From: the human T2T-CHM13v2.0 reference genome, Homo sapiens
Strand: one strand, 5' to 3'
Assembly (NCBI RefSeq): GCF_009914755.1
Contig: NC_060940.1
DNA: 64,000 bases
This document shows, piece after piece, positions 30,537 to 43,200 of this stretch (positions within the stretch are counted from its first letter, which is position 1; each line of letters opens with the position of its first letter). Made by a program: the position numbers and the translations under genes. A model generated the notes under the pieces. That model was given only the letters and a program-made list of their open reading frames with translations, ran no database searches and was not told where the DNA came from.

Positions 30537-33348
30537 CAATGATGATTCACTTCTCGTCCATTGGATGATTCCATTTCATTCCATTCGATGATGATTCCAT
30601 TCGATTCCATTCGATGATTCCATTTGATTCCATGCGACGGTGAGCAATTCGATTCAATTCCATGATGATTCTATTTGATTCAATTAGATGATGTTTCCAT
30701 TCGAATCCATTCCATGATTATTCCATTGGAATCCATTTGGCGATGATTCCATATGAGTCAATTCAATGATGATTCCATATGGGTCCGTTCGATGATAATT
30801 CCATTTGATTTCATTCGATGCTTCTATTCTATTCCAGTCGATGATGATTCCGTTGGAGTCCATACGATGATTCCATTTGATTTCATTTGATGATGATTCC
30901 ATTCGATGATGATTACATTGGATTCCATTCTATGATTCCATTCAATTCCATTCGTTGATGATTCGATTCCATTCAATGATGATTCCATTTGAGTTCATTC
31001 GATGATTCTATTCGATTCCGTTCGATGGTGATTCAATTCTCTTATATTGGATGATTCCACTCGATTCCATTTGATGATTATTCCATTGGAGTCCACTTAG
31101 TGAATCCTTTAGATTCTACTCGAAGATGATTCCATTCGAGTCCATTCAATGATACCATTCAATTTCATTCATTGATGCTTCCATTCAAGTGCATTCGATG
31201 ATATCATTCGATTCCATTTGATGATAATTCCATTTGATTCCATGCGATGATTCTATTCGATTCCATTCAATGATAATTCCATTCAATTCAGTGATTCCTC
31301 TGGACTCCATTTGATGATGATTCCATTCAATGATTCCATTCGATTCTATTCCAAAATGATTCCATTTGAATCCATTTGATGATGATTCCATTAGATTCCA
31401 TTTGATGATTCCATTCAATTGCATTTGACGATGATTCCATTCGATTCCATTTGATGTTTCCATTCTATTCTATTCTATGATGATTCCATTCGATTCCATT
31501 TGATGATGATTGGATTCGATTCCATTTGATGATTTCATTTGATTCCATTCGTTAATGATTTCGATCAACTCCATTCGATGATTCCATTTGATTCCATTCG
31601 ATAATGATTACATCCGAGTCCATTCGATGATTCCATTTGAGCCCGTTCGATAATTCCATTTGAGTCCAATCAATGATTCCATACATTTCCATTCAATGAT
31701 TCCATTCGAGTCCATTTGATCATTCTGGTAGGGTCCGTTCGATGTTGATTCCATTGGAGTGCATTCGATGATTCCATTCGGGTCCATTTTATGATTTGAT
31801 TCGAGTCCTTTCGATGATTCCATTCGATTCCACTCGATGATGATTTCATTCGAGTCCATTCGACACTTCCAATCGATTCCATTTGATGTTTCCATTCGAG
31901 TCCAATTGATGATTCCATTCAATTGCATTCGATGATGATTCCGTACGACTCCATTCTGTGATGATTCCATGTGATTGCATTCAATGATGATTCCTTTCGA
32001 CTGCATTCGATTATGATTCATTTCGTGTTCATTCTATGGTTCCACAGGTTTCCATTCGATGACGTTTCCGTTCGTGTCCATTCCATTATTCCATTCTATT
32101 TCATTTGATGATGATTCCATTCGATTCCATTCATTGGTGATTCCACTCAATTCCATTCAATGATTCCATTCCATTTCTTTCAACAATGATTCCATTAGTT
32201 TCTATTCGATGATCCACTTGATTCCATTTGGCGATGATTCCATTCGTGTCCATTCGATGATTCCATTTGATTCCATATGATGATGATTCCATTCGATTCC
32301 ATACCATGATGATTCCATTCGAGTCCATTCAATGGTGATTCCATTCAATTCCATTCGATGATTCCTTCCGATTCCATTCGATGATGATGGCATTCGATTC
32401 CTTTCAATCATTCCCTTTGATTCCATTCAAAGGTGATTTCATTCAAGTCCATTCGATAATTGCATTCGATTCCATTCTATGATGATTCCATTCGAGTCCA
32501 TTTGATGATTCCATTCAATTCAAGTCAATGATGATTCCATTCGATTCCACTCGATGATTCCATTGGATTCCATTCGATGATGATTCCATTCAAATCCATT
32601 CGATAATTCAATTCAAGTCCATTCGATGATGATTCCAATCGAATCCATTCAAAGATTCCATTCAATTCCATTCGATGATGATTCCCTTAGATTCCATTCG
32701 ATGATTCCACTTGATTCCATTTACGATGATTCCATTCGATTCCATGTGATGAATCCATTCAGTTCTATTCAATGATGTTTCCATTTGATTCCATTGGACC
32801 ATGATTGCCTTTGATTCCATTCAATGATTCCATTCGGTTCCATTTGATGATGATTCCGTTCGATTCCATTTCATTATTCCATTTGATTCCATTGGATGAG
32901 TCCATTCGATTACATTCGATGATTATTCCATTCGAGTGCATTAGATGATTGCATTCGAGTCCATTCGATGATTCCATTCGATTCCATTCGATGTTGATTC
33001 TGTTCAAATCCATTCGATGATTCCACTCGATTCCATTCGATGACTCCATTTGATCCCATTCGATGATTTCCTGTGATTCCCTTTGATGATCATTCTATTT
33101 GATTCAATTCGGTGATTTCATTTCATTCCATTCAGTGATGTTTCCATTCGACTGTATTCGATGATGATTCCATTCGACTGCATTCGATTATGATTTCATT
33201 CAATTCCATTCAATAATGATTCCCTTCGAGTCCATTCGATGATTCCATTCGATTCCATTCAACGATGATTTGATTCGTTTCCATTCGATGATTCCATTTG
33301 ATTCCACTTGATGATGATTCCATTCGAGTCCATTTGATGATTCCATTC
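30537..33348 (+). repeat. Partial variant-type HOR (unit positions ~1-2793) with +16 and +3 bp insertions
   Basis: Colinear with the HOR but carries many diagnostic changes (catgcgacgg, atccatttggcg, ctggtagggtccgttc, gatgacgtttccgttcg); colinearity stops at ~33348. Confidence 0.88.
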
Positions 33349-35180
33349 GAGTCTATTTATGTATTATATTCGTGTCCACTTCATGATTCCATTCAATTCC
33401 ATTTAATGTTGATTCCATTTGATTCCATTTGATGATTCAGTTCGATTCCTTGCAATGATTCCCTACGATTCCTTTCTATGATGATTCCATTCGATTCCAT
33501 TCATTGATGATTTCATTCGACTCCATTCGATGATGATTCCTTTCGATTCCATTTGACGATGTTTCCATTCGAGTCCATTCGATGATGATTCTATTCAATT
33601 CTGTTCTATTATGATTCCATTCGATTTCATTCAATGCTTCTATTTGATTCCATTCGATGATGATTCCATCTCTTTCCCTTCGATGATTCCATTTGATTCC
33701 ATTCAGTGATGATTCCATTTGATTCCATCTGATGATGATTTCACTTGATTCCTTTCAATGATGATTCAATTCAAGTCCATTCTATGATTCCATTGGAGTC
33801 CAAACGATCATTCCGTTCGATTCCATTCAATGGTGATTCCATTCATGTCCATTCGATGAATCCATTCAATTCCATTCGATGATGACTCCATTCGAGTACA
33901 TTCGATGATTCCATTTGATTCCATTTGAAGATGATTCCATTCAATTCCATTCGAAGATGATTCCATTCAATTCCATTCGATGATGATTCCGTATGAATCC
34001 ATTCTCTGATTATTCCATTCGATTCCATTCATTGACGATTCCATTCAATTCCATTCAATGATGATTCTCTTCTATTCCATTCGATGATTCCGGTCGATTC
34101 CATTCGATGATGATTCCATTAGATTCCATTCGATTGTTGCATTCGATTCCCTTCGATGATGATTCCTTTGAATTCCATTCGATTATCATTCCGTATGAAT
34201 CCATTTGATGATTATTCCATTGGATTCCTTTCGATGATGATTCCATTCGATTCCATTTGATGATGTTTCTCTTGTATTCCATTGGATAATTCCTTTCAGT
34301 TCCCTTCGATGATTATTCTTTCGAGTCAATTCGATGATTCTATTCCATTCCCTTCGATGATGATTCCATTTCACTCCATTTGATGATTCCATTCGACTCA
34401 ATTTGGTGATGATTCAATTCGATGACATTCGATGACTCCATTCAATTTCATTTGATGATGATTACATTCGAGTCCATTTGATGATTGTATTCCTTTCCTT
34501 TTGATGATTATTCCATTCGTGTCTATTCAAAGGTTCCATTCTATTCCATTCAATGATGATTGCATTTGATTCCATTCAATGATTATGGCTATCGATTCCA
34601 CTCGTTGATTCCATTTGATTCCGTTCGATGATTATTCCGTTAGATTCCATTAGAAGATTCCATTCGATTTTATTCAATGATTCCAATGGATTCCATTCAA
34701 TGATGATTCCATTCGACACCATTCAGTGATTCCATTCGAGTCCATTTGATGATTCCATTCTTTTGCATTTGATGATGATTCCATTAGGGTCCATTCAATT
34801 ATTCCATTCGAGTCCATTCGTTAATGCCTTTCGAGTCCTTTTGATCACTACATTCGAGTCCATTCAATGATTCTATTCGATTCCATTCCATGATGATTCC
34901 ATTCGAGTTCATTCGATGATTGCATTCGAGTCCATTTGATGATTCCATATGATTCCCTTCGACAATGATTCCATTCGTGTCCATTTGACGATTCCATTCA
35001 TTTCCTATCGATGAAGATTCCATTCAAGTGTATTCGATGATTCCATTCAAATCCATTCGATGATGATTCCATTCCAGTCCATTCGATCATTCCACTTGAT
35101 TCCATTTGATGACTATTCCATTCAAATCCATTTGATGATTCCATTCGATTCCATTCGATGTTACCATTCGAGTATACACG
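33349..35180 (+). repeat. Non-HOR HSat2 block X, copy A (5'-truncated, ~1.8 kb)
   Basis: Markers tatgtattatattcgtgtccact (33358), ccctacgattcc, ccggtcgattcc and tatggctatcg were not seen in the 6,112 unit and recur at +15,803 to +15,830. Confidence 0.88.
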
Positions 35181-38100
35181 ATGATTCCACTCGATTCCAT
35201 TTGATGATTATTCCATTGGAGTCCACTTAGTGAATCCTTTAGATTCTACTCGAAGATGATTCCATTCGAGTCCATTCCATGATACCATTCAATTCCATTC
35301 GTTGATGCTTCCATTCAAGTACATTCGATGATATCATTCGATTCCATTTGATGATAATTCCATTTGATTCCATGCGATGATTCTATTCGATTCCATTCAA
35401 TGATAATTCCATTCAATTCAGTGATTCCTCTGGACTCCATTTGATGATGATTCCATTCAATGATTCCATTCGATTCTATTCGAAAATGATTCCATTTGAA
35501 TCCATTTGATGATGATTCCATTGGATTCCATTTGATGATTCCATTCGATTCCATTCGATGATGATTCCATTCGATTCCTTTTGATGATTCCATTCTATTG
35601 TATTCGATGATGATTCCATTCGATTCCATTCGATGATGATTGGATTCGATTCCATTTGATGATTTCATTTGATTCCATTCGATAATGATTTCGATCAATT
35701 CCATTCGATGATTCCATTCGATTCCATTCGATAGTGATTACATCCGAGTCCATTCGATGATTCCATTTGAGCCCGTTCGATAATTCCATTTGAGTCCAAT
35801 CAATGATTCCATTCATTTCCATTCAATGATTCCATTCGAGTCCATTTGATCATTCCGGTAGGGTCCGTTCGATGTTGATTCCATTGGAGTGCATTCGATG
35901 ATTCCATTCGAGTCCATTTTAGGATTTGATTCGAGTCCTTTCGATGATTCCATTCGATTCCACTCGATGATTTCATTCGAGTCCATTCGACACTTCCAAT
36001 CGATTCCATTTGATGTTTCCATTCGATTCCAATTGATGATTCCATTCAATTCCATTCGATGATGATTCCGTACGATTCCATTCTGTGATGATTCCATGTG
36101 ATTGCATTCAATGATGATTCCTTTCGATTGCATTCGATTATGATTCATTTCGTGTTCATTCTATGGTTCCACAGGTTTCCATTCGATGATGTTTCCATTC
36201 GTGTCCATTCCATTATTCCATTCTATTCCATTTGAAGATGATTCCATTCGATTCCATTCATTGGTGATTCCACTCAATTCCATTCAATGATTCCATTCCA
36301 TTTCTTTCAACAATGATTCCATTAGTTTCTATTCGATGATCCACTTGATTCCATTTGACGATGATTCCATTCGTGTCCATTCGATGATTCCATTTGATTC
36401 CATATGATGATGATTCCATTCGATTCCATACGATGATGATTCCATTCGAGTCCATTCAATGGTGATTCCATTCAATTCCATTCGATGATTCCTTTCGATT
36501 CCATTCAATGATGATGGCATTCAATTCCTTTCGATCATTCCCTTTGATTCCATTCAAAGGTGATTTCATTCAAGTCCATTCGATAATTGCATTCGATTCC
36601 ATTCTATGATGATTCCATTCGAGTCCATTTGATGATTCCATTCAATTCAAGTCAATGATGATTCCATTCGATTCCACTCGATGATTCCATTGGATTCCAT
36701 TCGATGATGATTCCATTCAAATCCATTCGATAATTCAATTCAAGTCCATTCGATGATGATTCCAATCGAATCCATTCAAAGATTCCACTCAATTCCATTC
36801 GATGATGATTCCCTTAGATTCCATTTGATGATTCCACTTGATTCCATTTACGATGATTCCATTCGATTCCATGTGATGATTCCATTCAATTCTATTCAAT
36901 GAAGTTTCCACTTGATTCCATTCGAACATGATTGCCTTTGATTCCATTCAATGATTCCATACGGTTCCATTTGATGATGATTCCATTCGAGTGCATTAGA
37001 TGATTCCATTCGAGTCCATTCGATGATTCCATTCGATTCCATTCGATGTTGATTCTGTTCAAATCCATTCGATGATTCCACTCGATTCCATTCGATGACT
37101 CCATTTGATCCCATTCGATGATTTCCTTTGATTCCCTTTGATGATCATTCCATTTGATTCAATTCGGTGATTTCTTTTGATTCCATTCAGTGATGTTTCC
37201 ATTCAACTCCTTTCGATGATGATTCCATTCGACTCCATTCGATTATGATTTCATTCAATTCCATTCGATAATGATTCCCTTCAAGTCCATTCGATGCTTC
37301 CATTCGATTCCATTCAACGATGATTTGATTCGTGTCCATTCGATGATTCCATTTGATTCCATTTGATGATGATTCCATTCGAGTCCCTTTGATGATTCCA
37401 TTCAATTCCATTCTCCGATGATTTCTTTTGAGCCCATTCAATGCTTCCACTCGATTCCATATGATGATGACTCCATTTGATGAAATTCCATGATGATTCC
37501 ATTCGCTTGCATTCGATGATGATTCCACTTGAGTCCGTTAGAAGATTCTATTCAATTACATTCCATGACGATTCTGTCCGAGTCCATTTGATGATTCCAT
37601 TAGACTCCATTCGACGATGATTCCATTCGATGTTATTCGTTGATGATTCCATTCAACTCCATTCGAAGTTTCCATTCGAGTTCATTCTATTATTCCATTA
37701 GATTCCATTCGATGATGATTCCATTCGATTCCATTTGATGATTGCATTCTATTTCATTTGATGATGATTCCATTCGAGTCCATTCGATGATTCCATTCGA
37801 GTCCATTTAATGAATCCATTGGTTTCAATTCTATGATGATTACATTGGATTCCATTCGTTGATGATTTCATTCGATTCCATTCAATGATGATTCCATTCA
37901 ATTCCATTCAATGATTCCATTCAATTCCATACGATGATGATTCCATTTGATTTGATTCGACAGTGAGCCATTCGATTCAATTCCATGATGATTCTATTTG
38001 ATTCAATTGGTTGACATTTCCATTCGATTCCATTCGATGATGATTCCATTTGATTCCATTCAAAGATGATTCCATTCTAGCCCATTCAATCATTCCATTC

Positions 38101-40298
38101 GATTCTATTCAATGATGATTCCATTCATGTCGATTTGGTGATTCCATTTGACTTCATTTGATGATGATTCCTTTCAAGTTCATTAGATGATTCCATTCGA
38201 TTCCATTCGATGATTCCATTCTATTCTATTCAATGGTGATTCCATTCGAGTACATTAGATGATTCCATTCGATTCCATTCAATGATGATTCTATTTGTGT
38301 CCCTTAGATGGTTCCACATGATTCCATTTCATGATGATACTATTTGAGCCCATCCAATGATTCCCTTCGATTCCATTCGATGAGGATTCCATTCGATTCA
38401 ATTCATTGGTGATTCTATTCAATTCAATTCTTTGATTCCATTCCATTCCATTCGACAATGATTCCATTCGATTTCTTTCGATGATTCCACTCGATTCCAC
38501 TTGACATTGATTCCATTCGATTCCATTCAATGATTCCGTTTGATTCCAGTGGATGATGATTGCCATCGATTCCATTCGATCACTCCATTCTATTCCATTT
38601 GATGATGATTACATTCGATTCCATTTGATGATTCCATCTGATTCTATTCGAGGATTCCATTTGATTCCATTCGATGATGATTCCATTCGAGTGCATTCGA
38701 TGATTTCATTCGAGTACATCCAATGATTCCATTCGAGTCCATTTGATGATTCCATTTAATTCCATTTGATTATGATTCTACTAGAGTCCATTCAATGACT
38801 CCATTCGAATCCATTCAACAATTCCATTAGAGGCCATTCGATGATTCCATTTCATGATTCCATTCGAGTCCATTTAATCATTACAGTCGAGTCCATTTGG
38901 TGATTCCACTGGATTTCTTTTGATAATGATACCATTCAATTACATTTGATGATGATCCCATTCAATTTCATTTGATGGTGATTCCATTAGAGTCCATTCG
39001 ATGATTTCATTCGAGTCCCTTCATTGATTCCATCCGATTTCATTTGATGATGACTCCATTCGAGTCCATTCGATGATTCCACTCGATTCCATCAGATGGT
39101 TCCATTGGAGTCCATTTGATTGTTCCATTCGATTCTATTCGATTCCTTTCGAAGATTATTCCATTTGAGTCCATTCGATGATGATTCCATTCCATTCCAT
39201 TCGATGATTCCGTTTGATTCCATTCGATGATTCCCTTCGATTCCTTTCTTTGATGATTCCATTCCATTCCATTCAATGATTCCATTCGAATCTATTCCAT
39301 GATGATTCCTTTCGATTCCATTCGCTGATGTTTCCGTTCAATTCCATTCGATGATGATTCCATTCGATTCCATTCATTGAGGATTCCATTTGATTCCATT
39401 CAATGATGATTCCATTCTATTCCATTCAATGATTGCATTCAATTCCATTCAATGATTATCCCATTAGAGTAAACTCAACGATTCCATTCAATACCATTCG
39501 ATGATGATTCCTTTTGAGTCCATTCAATGATTTCATTCAAGTCCATTTGATGATTCCTTTCAATTCCATTCTATGATGATTCCATTCGAGTCCATTCGAT
39601 GATTCCATTCGATTGCATTCGATGATTCCATTATATTCCATTCAACAATGATTCCATTCGAGTCCATTCGATGATTCCATTAGAGTACATTTAATGATTG
39701 CTTTGTTTTCAATTCGAAGATGATTACATTGGATTCCATTCTATGATACCATTCGATTCCATTCAATGATGATTCCACTCAAATCCATTGGATGATTCCA
39801 TTCGTGTCCATTCGGTGATTTCCTTAGATTCCATTCGAGGATGATTCCATTCGATTCCATTCGATGATTCCATTCAATTCCATTCGATGATGATTCCATT
39901 CCAGTCCATATGATCATTCCATTTGATTTCATTCGATGGATGATTCCATTCGATTCCATTCGATGATTCCATTCTATTCCATTCGATGATGATTCCATTC
40001 GAGTCCATTCGATGATTCCATTCGAGTCCATTTAATGATTCCATTGGGTTCAATTCAATGATGATTACATTGGATTCCGTTCTATGATTCCATTCAATTC
40101 CGTTCATTGACAATTTGATTCCATTCGATGATGATTCCATTTGAGTTCATTCGATGATTCTATTTGATTCTCTTCGATGGTGATTCAATTCTATTATATT
40201 GGATGATTCCATTCGATTCCATTTGATGTTGATTCAATTCGATTCTATTCGATGATGATTCCATTGGATTTCACTTGATGATTCTATTCGATTCCATT
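35181..40298 (+). repeat. Variant-type HOR (unit positions ~515-6112) with internal deletions of 72, 23, 392 and 10 bp
   Basis: Offset to copy 1 steps 34666->34679->34682->34610->34587->34195->34185->34186. Confidence 0.87.
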
Positions 40299-43200
40299 CA
40301 ATGATGATTCACTTCTCGTCCATTGGATGATTCCATTTCATTCCATTCGATGATGATTCCATTCGATTCCATTCGATGATTCCATTTGATTCCATGCGTC
40401 GGTGAGCAATTCGATTCAATTCCATGATGATTCTATTTGATTCAATTAGATGATGTTTCCATTCGAATCCATTCCATGATTATTCCATTGGAATCCATTC
40501 GGCGATGATTCCATATGAGTCAATTCAATGATGATTCCATATGGGTCCGTTCGATGATAATTCCATTTGATTTCATTCGGTGCTTCTATTCAATTCCAGT
40601 CGATGATGATTCCGTTGGAGTCCATACGATGATTCCATTTGATTTCATTTGATGATGATTCCATTCGATGATGATTACATTGGATTCCATTCTATGATTC
40701 CATTCAATTCCATTCGTTGATGATTCGATTCCATTCAATGATGATTCCATTTGAGTTCATTCGATGATTCTATTCGATTCCGTTCGATGGTGATTCAATT
40801 CTCTTATATTGGATGAATCCACTCGATTCCATTTGATGATTATTCCATTGGAGTCCACTTAGTGAATCCTTCAGATTCTACTCGAAGATGATTCCATTCA
40901 AGTCCATTCGATGATACCATTCAATTCCATTCGTTGATGCTTCCATTCAAGTGCATTCGATGATATCATTCGATTCCATTTGATGATAATTCCATTTGAT
41001 TCCATGCGATGATTCTATTCGATTCCATTCAATGATAATTCCATTCAGTTCAGTGATTCCTCTGGACTCCATTTGATGATGACTCCATTCAATGATTCCA
41101 TTCGATTCTATTCGAAAGTGATTCCATTTGAATCCATTTGATGATGATTCCATTAGATTCCATTTGATGATTCCATTCGATTCCATGCGACGATGGTTCC
41201 ATTCGATTCCATGTGATGATTCCATTCTATTCTATTCGATGATGATTCCATTCGATTCCATTCGATGATGATTGGATTCGATTCCATTTGATGATATCAT
41301 TTGATTCCATTCGTTAATGATTTCGATCAATTCCATTCGATGATTCCATTCGATTCCATTCGATGATGATTGGGTTTGATTCCATTTGATGATTTCATTT
41401 GATTCCATTCGTTAATGATTTCGATCAGTTCCATTCGATGATTCCATTCGATACCATTCGATAATGATTACATCCGTGTCCATTCAATGATTCCATTTGA
41501 GACTGTTCGATAATTCCATTTGAGTCCAACCAATGATTCCATTCATTTCCATTCAATGATTCCATTCGAGTCCATTTGATCATTCCGGTAGGGTCCATTC
41601 GATGTTCATTCCATTGGAGTGCATTCGATGATTCCATTCGAGTCCATTTTAGGATTTGATTCGAGTCCTTTCGATGATTCCATTCGATTCCACTCGATGA
41701 TGATTTCATTCGAGTCCATTCGACACTTCCAATCGATTCCATTTGATGTTTCCATTCGAGTCCAATTGATGATTCCATTCAATTCCATTCGATGATGATT
41801 CCGTACGATTCCATTCTGTGATGATTCCATGTGATTGCATTCAATGATGATTCCTTTAAATTGCATTCGATTGTGATTCATTTCGTCTTCATTCTATGGT
41901 TCCACAGGTTTCCATTCGTGTCCATTCCATTATTCCATTCTATTCCATTTGATGATGATTCCATTCGATTCCATTCACTGGTGATTCCACTCAATTCCAT
42001 TCAATGATTCCATTCCATTTCTTTCAACAATGATTCCATTAGTTTCTATTCGATGATCCACTTGATTCCACTTGACGACGATTCCATTCGTGTCCATTCA
42101 ATGATTCCATTTGATTCCATATGATGATGATTCCATTCGATTCCATACGATGATGATTCCATTCGAGTCCATTCAATGGTGATTCCATTCAATTCCATTC
42201 GATGATTCCTTTCGATTCCATTCGATGATGATGGCATTCGATTCCTTTCAATCATTCCCTTTGATTGCATTCAAAGGTGATTTCACTCAAGTCCATTCGA
42301 TAATTGCATTCGATTCCATTTTATGATGATTCCATTCGAGTCCATTTGATGATTCCATTCAATTCAAGTCAATGATGATTCCATTCGATTCCATTCGATG
42401 ATTCCATTGGATTCCATTCGATGATGATTCCATTCAAATCCATTCGATAATTCAATTCAAGTCCATTCGATGATGATTAAAATCGAATCCATTCAAAGAT
42501 TCCATTCAGTTCCATTCGATGATTCCCTTAGATTCCATTCGATGATTCCACTTGATTTCATTTACGATGATTCCATTCGATTCCATGTGATGATTCCATT
42601 CAATTCTATTCAATGCTGTTTCCATTTCTTTCCATTCGACCATGATTGCCTTTGATTCCATTCAATGACTCCATTCGGTTCCTTTTGATGATGATTCCGT
42701 TCGATTCCATTTCATTATTCCATTTGATTCCATTGGATGAGTCCATTCGATTACATTCGATGATTATTCCATTCGAGTGCATTAGATGATTCCATTCGAG
42801 TCCATTCGATGATTCCATTCGATTCCATTCGATGTTGATTCTGTTCAAATCCATTCGATGATTCCACTCGATTCCATTCGATGACTCCAGTTGATCCCAT
42901 TCGATGATTTCCTTTGATTCCCTTTGATGATCATTCCATTTGATTCAATTCGGTGATTTCATTTGATTCCATTCAGTGATGTTTCCATTCGACTCCATTC
43001 GATGATGATTCCATTCGACTCCATTCGATTATGATTTCATTCAATTCCATTCGATAATGATTCCCTTCGAGTCCATTCGATGATTCCATTCGATTCCATT
43101 CAACGATGATTTGATTCGTGTCCATTCGATGATTCCATTTGATTCCACTTGATGATGATTCCATTCGAGTCCATTTGATGATTCCATTCAATTCCATTCT

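Noticed and set aside
33349-35180. Block X as a mobile element insertion
   Set aside because: It is itself HSat2 in the same orientation and phase, with no terminal repeats, poly-A tail or target-site duplication, and it replaces rather than interrupts HOR sequence.
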